A stretch of 64,000 nt of DNA. Source: an uncultured Aliarcobacter sp. Lineage in GTDB: Bacteria; Campylobacterota; Campylobacteria; Campylobacterales; Arcobacteraceae. The translations under genes and the position numbers were made by a program. Below the pieces are notes generated by a model. That model was not told the origin of the DNA and made no database searches. It was given only the letters and a program-made list of their open reading frames with translations. How positions within the stretch are numbered: position 1 is the first letter of the stretch; each line of letters opens with the position of its first letter. The DNA is taken from NCBI GenBank assembly GCA_963664305.2, contig CAXXLV010000002.1, positions 1,088,001 to 1,152,000 of the forward strand. The letters are read 5' to 3'. Shown piece by piece: positions 1 to 14,499 of the stretch.

Positions 1-607
1 TTGGATGATTTTTTGAACATAAATTAAAAATTCCACAAATATTTTTATCAATTACAAATTTAGTTGCATTTATAACATCATTTCTGTGAACAAAATTTAT
101 TGGTGTTTTTGGAAATTCTATAACTTTATTTGCACTTCTTTTTCCAAAATACCTATTTCCACCAACAAGTCCAGCAACTCTAAAAATCAAATCACTTTTA
201 TCTTTTATCAAATTTTCTGCATCAAATACAATCTTTGAACTAGGTTCTGTTATTTCAAATTCTTCATCAAAATTAGCTTCAATATTTGGATAAATTGATG
301 TTGAACTAATAAATATGATTTTTTCTATATTTTGTATTTTTTCATGAGAATAAATTTTGTTCAAAAAAGATAGATAATCTTCAAATTTTGAAGGAGGAAA
401 ATTTATAAATAAATAGTTAGTTTCTAATAATTCATCAAGATTACTAAGATTTTCTTCATTTAAAATATATGAAAAAAGACCTTCCTCTTCATACATTTTT
501 TGTTTTTCTTCACTTCTAGAACTTACTTTTATTTTAAAATTATTTTTTAAAACAATACCTAGTTCAAATCCTAACCAACCTGCCCCTAAAATAGTTAAAG
601 TTTTCAT
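1..607 (-). CDS. NAD(P)-binding Rossmann-fold oxidoreductase (YeeZ-like SDR/epimerase), 3' end runs off the window
   Basis: Not in the ORF track. Manual translation from ATG at 607 gives MKTLTILGAGWLGFELG (GxGxxG dinucleotide motif). Start abuts the stop of the upstream gene. Confidence 0.8.
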   Translation of the reverse strand, partial: MKTLTILGAGWLGFELGIVLKNNFKIKVSSRSEEKQKMYEEEGLFSYILNEENLSNLDELLETNYLFINFPPSKFEDYLSFLNKIYSHEKIQNIEKIIFISSTSIYPNIEANFDEEFEITEPSSKIVFDAENLIKDKSDLIFRVAGLVGGNRYFGKRSANKVIEFPKTPINFVHRNDVINATKFVIDKNICGIFNLCSKNHP

Positions 608-994
608 TTAATCTTTTAAAATTCCATAACAAAGCGTTAACCAAGCAATAATTAGTAAAGTTCCACCAATAGGTGTAATTGCACCAAGTATAGGCATATT
701 TAAAATTGTTAAAAGATATAAAGAAAATGAAAAAATAATCATTCCAATTAATATAAGCCATAAAGCAACATAAATCTTTTTAGATTCAGGTTTTAATGAA
801 TAAATAAATATTGCAGCAAATAATCCTAAAGTATTGTAAAATTGATACTCTATTCCTGTATGATAAATATTCATCATATGTTCATCTAAAATTGATTTTA
901 AACCATGAGCACCAAAAGCTCCCAAAGCTATTCCTAAAGCCATCATAAAAGAGGCAATTGCTAAAAATTTTTTTATTCTATTATTAAGTACCAT
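608..994 (-). CDS. DUF423 (YgdD/TMEM256) family membrane protein
   Basis: GAFGAHGL, YQFYN and GAITPIGG motifs. Confidence 0.9.
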   Translation of the reverse strand: MVLNNRIKKFLAIASFMMALGIALGAFGAHGLKSILDEHMMNIYHTGIEYQFYNTLGLFAAIFIYSLKPESKKIYVALWLILIGMIIFSFSLYLLTILNMPILGAITPIGGTLLIIAWLTLCYGILKD

Positions 995-1009
995 TTTTTA
1001 TCCATATAT

Positions 1010-1288
1010 TTATTTTTTTGTTTTTTCTTTTATTGATTTCTTTTTTGAAAAACCTGCACCTTTTTTCTCTTTTTTTTCTAATTCTAAATCATTTATCAAT
1101 GTTTTAAAATCTATTTCTTCTTTATTCATTTTTGCAAAACATGTTGCAATAACTGCAATTGTATTTGGTACACGCTTTTTCTTTTTATATGCTTGAATAT
1201 TTTTTTCACTAACTTTAATAAGTTCTGTAAACTTTGGAATACTCATCTCAGCATCTAAAAGTAATTTTTTAAAATCAATAAAAGTCAT
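1010..1288 (-). CDS. small basic protein, probable XRE-like helix-turn-helix
   Basis: IPKFTELIKVSEKNIQAYK resembles an HTH; Lys-rich tail; SD (AGGA) upstream. Confidence 0.55.
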   Translation of the reverse strand: MTFIDFKKLLLDAEMSIPKFTELIKVSEKNIQAYKKKKRVPNTIAVIATCFAKMNKEEIDFKTLINDLELEKKEKKGAGFSKKKSIKEKTKK

Positions 1289-1300
1289 AATAATTCCTAT

Positions 1301-1747
1301 TTATTTAACATCAACTTCCCAAAAGAAATCAATCCATTCATTTGCTTCTCTTACACAAAAATCAGGTTGTAAAACTGCAGTTTTTTTATAAAACAATGTT
1401 GCTAATTTAAATTCAACATTTGGAAACTTTTCTTTTAAAACTTTTAAAATCTCTCTCATAGTTTCACCCGAATCAACAATATCATCAACAATTAAAACTC
1501 TTTTTGCATGAGAAACATCTGGAATATTAAAAATATTAAATGTATCTAGTTTTAACTCACCTTCATAATGAATAGAGTTTAATGTATATAAATTTCTCAT
1601 GTCAAGTGCTTGAGCCATCAAATGTGAAAGTGTTAAACCACCTCGTGCTACTGCAAGTAAAATTTCTGGTTCATAATCTCTACACTTATCAACTAAAATT
1701 TGTGTATCTTTTTTAAATAACTCATAACTATAATATAATTTTTCCAA
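1301..1747 (-). CDS. purine phosphoribosyltransferase (Gpt-like)
   Basis: VARGG and VLIVDDIVDSGET PRPP-binding motif; adjacent to a nucleobase permease. Confidence 0.85.
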   Translation of the reverse strand: MEKLYYSYELFKKDTQILVDKCRDYEPEILLAVARGGLTLSHLMAQALDMRNLYTLNSIHYEGELKLDTFNIFNIPDVSHAKRVLIVDDIVDSGETMREILKVLKEKFPNVEFKLATLFYKKTAVLQPDFCVREANEWIDFFWEVDVK

Positions 1748-1760
1748 ATAAAAATCCTTT

Positions 1761-3053
1761 TTAAAAAATAAATGCTAATGCACTAATAAATGTAATAACT
1801 ATAATACCAATATTCAAATCTTTATACTCTTTTTTTACAAGCTTAATAATTGTATAAATCAAAAATCCAGCTGCAATTCCATTTGTAATTGAAAATGTTA
1901 AAGGCATTAAAATAACTATTAAAAATGCTGCTGCACTTGTTGCTAAATCTGTCTCTTCAAAATTTATTTTCCCAAGTTCAGTAAACATTAAAACACCAAC
2001 CACAACTAATACAGGATAAATTGCATTTGAAGGAATTGATTTAAATAAAGGTAACATAAAAAGTGTAGTTACAAATAATAATGCAGTAAAAACTGCTGTT
2101 AATCCTGTCCTTCCACCCTCTTCAACTCCACTTGCACTTTCAATAAATGCAGTTGTTGTAGAAACACCAAGTAAACTTCCTCCAACTGTTGCAATTGCAT
2201 CAGCTTCAAGTGTTTTTTGTAATGATTTATCATTTTTATTATTTTCTTGAAAAAGATTTGCTCTTGTTCCAACGCCAGTTAAAGTTCCTAATGTATCAAA
2301 CATATCAGTAATTAAAAATGTAATAATAACAGGTAATAATGATAAAGATAAAGCACTTAAAATATCTAATTTAAGAAAAATTGGCGAAATTGAAGAAGGA
2401 GCTGAGAAAAAATCTGTAGGTGTAGTGTTAAGTGAAAAACTCCAAGCTACAATAGATGTAATAGCAATAGATAAAATAAATGCTCCTCTTAGTTTATATG
2501 CATAAAAACTAAAAGATAAAATTAAACCTAAAACACCTAATAAAACATTTGAATTTGAAAAATCTCCAAGAGTAACTAATGTTGCATCATTTGAAACAAT
2601 CATTCCCATTTGTTTCAAACCAATAAAAGCAATAAATGAACCAATACCAGCACTAATTGCACGTCTAAGACTCATAGGAATTGAAGTCATAATCCAAACT
2701 CTAAAATTAGTTAAAGATAATAATACAAATAAAATACCAGATAAAAAAACAATACCTAAAGCAGTTTCCCAAGGTATTTTCATACCAAGAACTAAACCAT
2801 AAGAAAAATAGGCATTTAAGCCCATACCAACACTCATGGCAATTGGTGTATTTGACCATAAAGCTGAAAATAAAGTTGCAAGTATTGTTATCAAAGCTGT
2901 CGCAGTTATAACAGCATCTATTGGAAGACCAGCATCTGATAAAATAAATCCATTAACAGGTACAATATATAACATTGTTAAAAATGTTGTAAATCCTGCA
3001 TAGAATTCTTTAGAAATAGAAGTATTATGTTCTTTTAATTTAAAAAAATCCAT
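1761..3053 (-). CDS. NCS2/AzgA-family purine permease
   Basis: GMGLNAYF, DMFDTLGT, ESASGVEEGGRTGLTA motifs; multi-TM. Confidence 0.92.
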   Translation of the reverse strand: MDFFKLKEHNTSISKEFYAGFTTFLTMLYIVPVNGFILSDAGLPIDAVITATALITILATLFSALWSNTPIAMSVGMGLNAYFSYGLVLGMKIPWETALGIVFLSGILFVLLSLTNFRVWIMTSIPMSLRRAISAGIGSFIAFIGLKQMGMIVSNDATLVTLGDFSNSNVLLGVLGLILSFSFYAYKLRGAFILSIAITSIVAWSFSLNTTPTDFFSAPSSISPIFLKLDILSALSLSLLPVIITFLITDMFDTLGTLTGVGTRANLFQENNKNDKSLQKTLEADAIATVGGSLLGVSTTTAFIESASGVEEGGRTGLTAVFTALLFVTTLFMLPLFKSIPSNAIYPVLVVVGVLMFTELGKINFEETDLATSAAAFLIVILMPLTFSITNGIAAGFLIYTIIKLVKKEYKDLNIGIIVITFISALAFIF

Positions 3054-3116
3054 AAAAATCCTTTTAATAAAATTTTTACATAAAAATATTTTGAAAATAT
3101 ATTTTGAAAAGTAAAA

Positions 3117-3192
3117 TGGTGCTCACAATCGGAGTTGAACCGATAACCTCTTCCTTACCATGGAATTGCTCTACCATTAGAGCTATGTAAGC
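3117..3192 (-). tRNA. tRNA-Thr(GGT), atypical (U14, A27-G43 mismatch)
   Basis: 76-nt cloverleaf GCTTACA...TGTGAGC-A-CCA; anticodon loop ATGGTAA; T-loop TTCAACT. Confidence 0.88.
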
Positions 3193-3278
3193 AAAAAAGA
3201 AAGAATAATATCAAAAAAAAGTAAAAATGGAACTAAAGAGCAAAAGTAAATAATAATCAGGAATAAAAAAAGCGGGGT

Positions 3279-3334
3279 AAAAAAAAAGCTTCTGCTAAAA
3301 AGAACTTAAAGAAGTTCAAATTAGCAAAAGCTTT
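3279..3334 (-). terminator. probable intrinsic terminator of the rRNA operon
   Basis: Inverted repeat AAAGCTTCTGCTAA/TTAGCAAAAGCTTT with inner GAACTT/AAGTTC, followed by a U-run on the minus strand, just after 5S. Confidence 0.65.
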
Positions 3335-3349
3335 GAAAAAAACTCAAGA

Positions 3350-3465
3350 GCTGGCAGCGGCCTACGTTTCCACCAGGGGACCCGGCAGTATTATCGGCGA
3401 TGAAGTGCTTGACTTCCAGGTTCGGAATGGGACTGGGTATTTCCACTTCTCTATAGCCACCAGCA
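3350..3465 (-). rRNA. rrf: 5S rRNA
   Basis: GCTGGTGGCTATAG...CCGAAC...CGCCGATAATACTG...GCTGCCAGC; ends approximate. Confidence 0.95.
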
Positions 3466-3612
3466 AAGTTGAGTAAAGAAGATATTATAAAAAATATACT
3501 CTTCACTCAACTCGTTTAGGAGTTAAGAAAAAATAATGTTAAAGTCTTTTCACAATATATACTAAATATAAGAAATATATTTAATAAGATAGTAAACCAA
3601 AGAATTGTTTAA

Positions 3613-6523
<2,911 letters not shown>

Positions 6524-6820
6524 ATAAATAGAGTTAAACTCTATCGCTTTTTGATAATATTCTTTGGCTACTATCTTATTAAACATATTATTTAAAATAT
6601 ATCCAATAAAATAATGTTGTGTTCTATCTAATTTCTTAGATATGAAATTTTTTTTGTTTTAAATTATTTAACATTTCTGTTATCTAATTCTTACGAAAAA
6701 ATTAAAGACTTTAACATTATATTTTTAAATATCGTTTTGATTTTGAAAATCAAATATAAATTCAATCTCTTATTGAACTTATATTTAACTTTTAAATCAG
6801 ATGAACTTATTAGTTATAGG

Positions 6821-6896
6821 TGGTGGAGAATAGCGGGATCGAACCGCTGACCTCCTGCGTGCAAAGCAGGCGCTCTCCCAGCTGAGCTAATTCCCC
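6821..6896 (-). tRNA. tRNA-Ala(TGC)
   Basis: GGGGAATTAGCTCAGCTGGGAGAGCGCCTGCTTTGCACGCAGG...TCCACCA in the 16S-23S spacer. Confidence 0.97.
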
Positions 6897-6927
6897 AACC
6901 TAAATTAATCTTTACTAGATTATTTAA

Positions 6928-7004
6928 TGGTGGGCCTATCAGGACTTGAACCTGAGACCTCACGATTATCAGTCGAGCGCTCTAGCCAGCTGAGCTATAG
7001 GCCC
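6928..7004 (-). tRNA. tRNA-Ile(GAT)
   Basis: GGGCCTATAGCTCAGCTGGCTAGAGCGCTCGACTGATAATCGTGAGG...CCCACCA. Confidence 0.97.
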
Positions 7005-7085
7005 CTTTACTACCTATTTAAATAATCTTTATAAACCGAATATAAAATCTCTGGAAGTAAGAAACGAATCTTACTTCTCTCTCTG

Positions 7086-8603
<1,518 letters not shown>

Positions 8604-8889
8604 TTATAGAGTTTTTGAAACTGACAAATTTTATAACTCTTCAATTACAAAATTATCACTCAAATTTTATAGACAAGATTTGTTTTACCAAATTTCTTGT
8701 TTTTATATTTTTTAACATTTATTCTTATTTTAAATCTAAATAAACATAGATTTTTTATAAGAGTTCTATATTCGGTTTATAAAGATTACTTTACAAACTT
8801 TCATTCATTTTTAAAGATCATTCCAGACTCGATTGAATCGTTTCTCTTCAAGCTTTTCGTTTGAAGCGTTCCAGTCAAATTGGACGGGA

Positions 8890-8918
8890 ATTATAATAGA
8901 TTTTTATCTACTTGTCAA
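8890..8918 (-). promoter_or_regulatory. sigma70 promoter of the rRNA operon
   Basis: Perfect TTGACA-17bp-TATAAT about 290 bp upstream of 16S. Confidence 0.85.
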
Positions 8919-9165
8919 TACCCTAACGCTGAAATGTAGCTTAAATTTTGAAATTTCTACTCTTTTTTCTCTTTTTTTGTTTTTTGCTAGCTTTTTATTG
9001 GGAATATAATCTTTATTTACATTTTTTCTTATATTTTTAAAATATTCACCTTTATTCAACAATTATTTGATAAAATTTTCACCTATGTTTTTATAATACA
9101 GGGAAATTAAAAATAACAGTAGAATAATTTCATATATTTATTCTATTATAGGAGATAAACATATA

Positions 9166-10542
9166 ATGAGCGCATCTATTTTTAGAGAATACGATATTAG
9201 AGGTATATTCGAAAAAGAATTAAATGAAGATGTTGTAAAAAAAATTGGTTTTTATTTAGCTAAAGCTTTACAAAAAAAAGTTCCATCTGCACAATATATA
9301 GCAGTTGGTTATGACGCAAGACTTCATTCACCTACTTTAAAAAATTGGCTTACTTCAGGAATAAAAAAAGCTGGTTTAGAAGTTCTTGATATGGGATTAG
9401 TACCAACACCTGCAAACTACTTTGCAAACTTCACTGACTTTGATGGTTTAAAATGTGATGGTTCTGTAATGATTACTGGTTCACATAATCCACCAGAATA
9501 TAATGGATTTAAAATTACTTTAGATAAAGATCCTTTCTTTGGAGAAGATATTTATGCTTTAGGAAGAGAAATACTTGCAGACAATTCTTCAATAGAAGAT
9601 AATGAAACTACAATTTCTATTGATTCTAAAAATAGATATATAGATTATATAGTTAAAAACTTTTCTCATTTAAAACTTGAAAATAAAAAATTTGTTTTTG
9701 ATTGTGGAAATGGTGTTGCAGGAGTTGTATTAAGAGAAATTCTTGATAAATTAAATATCAAATACAAAATTCTTTTTGAAGAACCAGATGGAAATTTCCC
9801 AAATCATCATCCAGACCCAAGTGATGAGCATACATTAGAAGATATTAAAAAAGAGTTATCAACTGGTGAATTTGATTTTGGTTTCGCTTACGATGGTGAT
9901 GCAGATAGAATAGCCCTACTTTCTCCAAAATATAACTTTAAAGGAGATATCTTAGCTATATTCTTCTCTAAATTTATTAAAAATCCAACAGTTATTGGTG
10001 AAGTAAAATGTACTCAAGTTATGTATGATACCATTAATTCTTATGGAAAAGCTATCATGTATAAAACAGGTCACTCTAATCTAAAAGTTAAAATAAAAGA
10101 AACAAATGCAGATTTTGCTGCTGAAGTTTCTGGACATTTATTCTTTAATGATAGATATTTTGGATATGACGATGCAATTTATGCAACATTTAGAGCATTA
10201 GAATTAATTGACCAAAATTTTGATTTTGATAAAGAGTATGAAGCTCTACCAAAAGTTTATTCAACTCCTGAAATTAATATTACTGTTACAGAAGAGACAA
10301 AATTTAAAATCATTGATGATTTAAAAAATGCTTTAGAAAATCCACCTGCATATTTCCCAAAAATCAAAGATATAATCACTGTTGATGGGATAAGAGTTAT
10401 ATTTGAAAAAGGTTGGGGATTAGTGCGAGCAAGTAACACTACACCAAAATTAGTAACTAGATTTGAAGCAGATACACAAGAAAATGCTAAAATATATGAA
10501 AATGTTTTAATTAAACTATTTGAAGAAATAAAAGGAAAATAA
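9166..10542 (+). CDS. phosphomannomutase/phosphoglucomutase (AlgC-like)
   Basis: IFREYDIRG, ITGSHNP phosphoserine loop, DGDADR metal loop. Confidence 0.95.
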   Translation: MSASIFREYDIRGIFEKELNEDVVKKIGFYLAKALQKKVPSAQYIAVGYDARLHSPTLKNWLTSGIKKAGLEVLDMGLVPTPANYFANFTDFDGLKCDGSVMITGSHNPPEYNGFKITLDKDPFFGEDIYALGREILADNSSIEDNETTISIDSKNRYIDYIVKNFSHLKLENKKFVFDCGNGVAGVVLREILDKLNIKYKILFEEPDGNFPNHHPDPSDEHTLEDIKKELSTGEFDFGFAYDGDADRIALLSPKYNFKGDILAIFFSKFIKNPTVIGEVKCTQVMYDTINSYGKAIMYKTGHSNLKVKIKETNADFAAEVSGHLFFNDRYFGYDDAIYATFRALELIDQNFDFDKEYEALPKVYSTPEINITVTEETKFKIIDDLKNALENPPAYFPKIKDIITVDGIRVIFEKGWGLVRASNTTPKLVTRFEADTQENAKIYENVLIKLFEEIKGK

Positions 10543-10544
10543 AA

Positions 10545-11417
10545 ATGAGTAAAGAAAATCCAATCAAAAAATGTCTATTCCCTGCTGCTGGATATGGAAC
10601 AAGATTTTTACCTGCAACAAAAGCAACACCGAAAGAGATGTTACCAGTTTTAACTAAACCACTTATTCAATATGGAGTAGAAGAAGCACTTGCTGCTGGT
10701 ATGGATACAATGGCTGTTGTAACAGGTAGAGGTAAAAGAGCAATTGAAGATCATTTTGATATTTCTTATGAATTAGAACACCAAATCAAAGGTACAAGTA
10801 AAGAACATTATTTAACAGAAATTAGATCTGTTATTACTAAATGTACTTTCTCTTATACTAGACAAATTGAGATGAAAGGTTTAGGTCATGCTATTTTATG
10901 TGGAGAAACTTTAATTGGTGACCAACCTTTTGCAGTTTTACTTGCAGATGATTTATGTGATGCACCAAATAAAGGTGTTTTAGCACAAATGGTTGATTTA
11001 TACAAAAAATATCACTGTTCTATTGTAGCTATAGAAGAAGTTCCAAAAGAAGAAACAAATAAATATGGTGTTATTGCTGGAAACGAAATAGAACCAGGAA
11101 TTTTTATGGTTAAAGATATGGTTGAAAAACCAGAACCAGAAGTTGCTCCTTCAAATCTTGCAATTATTGGAAGATATATTTTAACTCCAGATATTTTCAA
11201 TATCATTAGAGAAACAAAGCCAGGTAAAGGTGGAGAAATCCAAATTACTGATGCTTTATTAACTCAAGCAAAAAAAGGTATGGTTTTAGCTTTCAAATTT
11301 GAAGGACAAAGATTCGACTGTGGAAGTATTGATGGATTTGTGAAAGCAACAAACTATTTTTACGATAAAGAAACAAAAAAAGAAGCAGCAGCAAAAAAAG
11401 AGACTGGAGCAAAATAA
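10545..11417 (+). CDS. galU: UTP--glucose-1-phosphate uridylyltransferase
   Basis: PAAGYGTRFLPATKATPKEMLP, GLGHA, VEKP, GEIQITDA. Confidence 0.97.
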   Translation: MSKENPIKKCLFPAAGYGTRFLPATKATPKEMLPVLTKPLIQYGVEEALAAGMDTMAVVTGRGKRAIEDHFDISYELEHQIKGTSKEHYLTEIRSVITKCTFSYTRQIEMKGLGHAILCGETLIGDQPFAVLLADDLCDAPNKGVLAQMVDLYKKYHCSIVAIEEVPKEETNKYGVIAGNEIEPGIFMVKDMVEKPEPEVAPSNLAIIGRYILTPDIFNIIRETKPGKGGEIQITDALLTQAKKGMVLAFKFEGQRFDCGSIDGFVKATNYFYDKETKKEAAAKKETGAK

Positions 11418-12650
11418 GTGAAAAATAACCTATATTATCCGCAAGTATCATTAAGTGATGAAGAAATCTTTGCAGAAATAAAAAAAGAAAGAGAGCATAT
11501 AGGTTATTACTCTCTTCCTTATGAAGATACGACTTTTTTAAAAGCTAAATTAGATAGTTTAAATTTTACGCAAAAACAAATAGCTATCATTGGAATTGGT
11601 GGAAGTACTTTAGGAACTTATGCAATTTATAACTTTATGAAGTATAACAAGCAATATAATAAGACTCTAAAAAAAGAGCTTTTTTTCTTTGAAAGTACAG
11701 ATCCAGTTAACTTAAATGGGACATTAAGCCAAATTAATTTAGAAGATACATTATTTATAGTAATTTCAAAATCAGGAACTACAATAGAGACTATTTCTAT
11801 TTTTAAATATTTAATGTCAATTACGAAAATTGATAAATCAAACTTATTAATAATTACAGAAGATGATAGTAAGTTAAATACTTTTGCAAAAGCAAATGAT
11901 ATTAACTCTTTTGATATTCCTAAAAATGTTGGTGGAAGATTTTCTGTATTATCTAATGTTGGATTAGTTCCTTTATATCTAGCGGGATTTAATATTGATG
12001 AATTATTAAAAGGTGCAAAAAAAATATCAACATCATTTTTTGAGCAAAATGATTTATATGACCATTTAATCAAAAAAGCAAGAACATATTATGAATTCAA
12101 AGATGTTTACAATGTAAATGCAATTTTTTCATATTCTCAATTATTAGAAGGATTTAATAAATGGTATATCCAACTTTGGGGAGAAAGTCTTGGAAAAATT
12201 GATGTAAATCATACAAACCAAGGTTTAACTCCAATTGGACTTTTAGGACCAGTGGACCAACACTCTTTCTTACAATTAATTGTTGAAGGGAAAAGAGATA
12301 AAACAGTAACATTTATAAAAATCAAAGATTTTAAAGATAATACAAAAATAGCTCCAACAACACTTCAAGGGTTAGAAGATTTAGATTATATTAATAATCT
12401 TGATTTTAAAGAACTTATCAATCTTCAAGCAGATGCTACAATTGCTTCAGTTAAAGAGTATAAAAAAGATATTCCAATAGATTTAATTGAAATTGAAGAG
12501 ATTAGTGAATATGAAATTGGAAAACTATTATTCTATTATGAATTATTAACTTCAATTGTTGGAAAATTCTTAAGAATAAATACTTACGACCAACCAGGTG
12601 TTGAAGGTGGTAAAATCATCTTAAAAGAGATGTTAAAAAATAAAAATTAG
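11418..12650 (+). CDS. pgi: glucose-6-phosphate isomerase
   Basis: GIGGS, SKSGTTIET, VGGRFSVLS, QLWGESLGK, DQPGVEGGK; GTG start. Confidence 0.95.
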   Translation: MKNNLYYPQVSLSDEEIFAEIKKEREHIGYYSLPYEDTTFLKAKLDSLNFTQKQIAIIGIGGSTLGTYAIYNFMKYNKQYNKTLKKELFFFESTDPVNLNGTLSQINLEDTLFIVISKSGTTIETISIFKYLMSITKIDKSNLLIITEDDSKLNTFAKANDINSFDIPKNVGGRFSVLSNVGLVPLYLAGFNIDELLKGAKKISTSFFEQNDLYDHLIKKARTYYEFKDVYNVNAIFSYSQLLEGFNKWYIQLWGESLGKIDVNHTNQGLTPIGLLGPVDQHSFLQLIVEGKRDKTVTFIKIKDFKDNTKIAPTTLQGLEDLDYINNLDFKELINLQADATIASVKEYKKDIPIDLIEIEEISEYEIGKLLFYYELLTSIVGKFLRINTYDQPGVEGGKIILKEMLKNKN

Positions 12651-12658
12651 GAAAATAA

Positions 12659-13147
12659 ATGGCAATTTTTGGCAATATTGAAACTGTAAAAGGACAAATA
12701 AATAATCCAAAATTTGATAAAGCTTTTTTATATATTGAAAAATTGCAAGATATTAATTCAAAAGAGTATCAAAGTTTAATAAATATTGAACTTGATAACT
12801 GTAACAAAATAGTTCTTGAAGAGAACTGTTTTGTTCTTGAACAAGCTTATATCTCAAAAGACAAAAAAGATTGTTTTTTTGAATCTCACAAAAAATACAT
12901 AGATATTCAATATATTTTTGATGGAACTGAAATAATGGAAGTTGAAAATATCAATAATCTTCAAATAACAAAAGAGTATGACGAAACTTTAGATTATGCA
13001 AAATATGCCCAATCACCTAACTCTTCATCTTTAATTATTAGAAAAAATGAACTAGCAATTTTTTATCCAAATGATGCACATATGCCTTGTATTAAAGTAG
13101 ATAAAAATGAAAAAATTATAAAAGCTGTTTTTAAAATAGCAGTATAA
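12659..13147 (+). CDS. YhcH/YjgK/YiaL (DUF386) family protein
   Basis: ESHKKYIDIQY and IFYPNDAHMP motifs. Confidence 0.9.
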   Translation: MAIFGNIETVKGQINNPKFDKAFLYIEKLQDINSKEYQSLINIELDNCNKIVLEENCFVLEQAYISKDKKDCFFESHKKYIDIQYIFDGTEIMEVENINNLQITKEYDETLDYAKYAQSPNSSSLIIRKNELAIFYPNDAHMPCIKVDKNEKIIKAVFKIAV

Positions 13148-13149
13148 TT

Positions 13150-14061
13150 ATGGAATATTTATTTTCTAGTTTAGTTCCAGTTTTTGGACTAATTTTAATA
13201 GGATATTTTTTTAAAAGAATTAGTTTTCCTTCTCATGAATTTTGGCCAATGGCGGATAAACTTACATATTTTGTATTAATGCCTGCACTTTTGATATTTA
13301 AACTATCAAATGCTAAATTTGATTCAAATAGTATAAATTTTGTTTTAGTTTCTCTTATAGCCATATTTTTAACAATGATTGTTTTAATAATCTTTAACAA
13401 AATAAGCCCGACAAAAAATAGTTCTTTTACTTCAATAATTCAAGGTGGAATAAGATTTAATACTTATGTATTCTTAGCTTTAAGTGGTTCTATTTTTGGG
13501 GATGAAGGTTTAGTTTTAAGTGCAATTATTTTAACTTTTGCAATTCCATTTATAAATATTTTATGTGTAACTATCTTTGCTCTTTATTCAGATAATAATA
13601 AACTAGATTTTATATATTTAGTAAAATCTATAATAAAAAATCCTTTAATTATTGGATGTGCAATTGGTGGAGCTATAAATTTTTTAGCAATTCCAGTTCC
13701 AGTTAGTATAGAAAATTTACTTGAGATTTTAAGTAAAGCTGCTCTTCCACTTGGACTTTTATCTATTGGTTATGCATTAGTATTAAAAGAGTTAAATAGT
13801 GCAAAAAAAGATTTAATTATTAGCTGTATAGGTAAGTTTATAATCTTACCTATATTTATTTATAGCTTTGGAATGATGTTTGGATTAAATGAAATAATGA
13901 TTTCAATTTTAGTTTTATTCTCTGTTTTACCAACAGCTCCTAGTTCATTTATACTTGCAAGGCAACTTGGTGGAGATATAACTCTAATGACGAGTATCAT
14001 AACAGTGCAAACTTTAGCTTCTGCACTTTTTATAATACTATTCTTAAAACTATTCGTTTAA
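13150..14061 (+). CDS. AEC (auxin efflux carrier) family transporter
   Basis: YFVLMPALL, RFNTY, KNPLI, PTAPSSFILARQLGGD. Confidence 0.9.
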   Translation: MEYLFSSLVPVFGLILIGYFFKRISFPSHEFWPMADKLTYFVLMPALLIFKLSNAKFDSNSINFVLVSLIAIFLTMIVLIIFNKISPTKNSSFTSIIQGGIRFNTYVFLALSGSIFGDEGLVLSAIILTFAIPFINILCVTIFALYSDNNKLDFIYLVKSIIKNPLIIGCAIGGAINFLAIPVPVSIENLLEILSKAALPLGLLSIGYALVLKELNSAKKDLIISCIGKFIILPIFIYSFGMMFGLNEIMISILVLFSVLPTAPSSFILARQLGGDITLMTSIITVQTLASALFIILFLKLFV

Positions 14062-14499
14062 AAAACTTCTAAAAACTATCATAGATGATTTTTTAAAGCC
14101 ATTTTTTTCATAAAATCTATGAGCTTTAAAATTATCATCATCTGTTAAAAGAGTTATTCTTTTTATACCTTTAGATTTTGCAAACTCTTTTGCAAAGTCT
14201 AATAGTTTTGAACCTACTTTTTTATCTCTAGCTTCAGATGAAACTATCATATCTTCTAAAATCACTACCCTATTTCCAAGTGCTGTTGAAATAGAATATA
14301 AAAGATTTACCATTGCTACTATTTTATTTTCAACTTCACAAACTATTATATGCCCTACTTTTTCATCTTTTATTATTGTTTCTAACGCTTTTATTTGTAA
14401 AGTTTCATTTGGAATGAACTCTTTTTCTAAACTAAAAAGTTCATTTAAAAGTTTTAATAAGGATTTTATATCCTCTTCTTTTGCTATTCTAAACTTCAT
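14050..14499 (-). CDS. GNAT N-acetyltransferase
   Basis: MIVSSEARDKKVGSKLL acetyl-CoA motif A; AHRFYEKNGF. Confidence 0.9.
   Translation of the reverse strand: MKFRIAKEEDIKSLLKLLNELFSLEKEFIPNETLQIKALETIIKDEKVGHIIVCEVENKIVAMVNLLYSISTALGNRVVILEDMIVSSEARDKKVGSKLLDFAKEFAKSKGIKRITLLTDDDNFKAHRFYEKNGFKKSSMIVFRSFLNE

Noticed and set aside
3054..3116. Purine riboswitch upstream of the NCS2 permease
   Set aside because: Spacer is only 63 bp of A/T-rich sequence with no aptamer motifs
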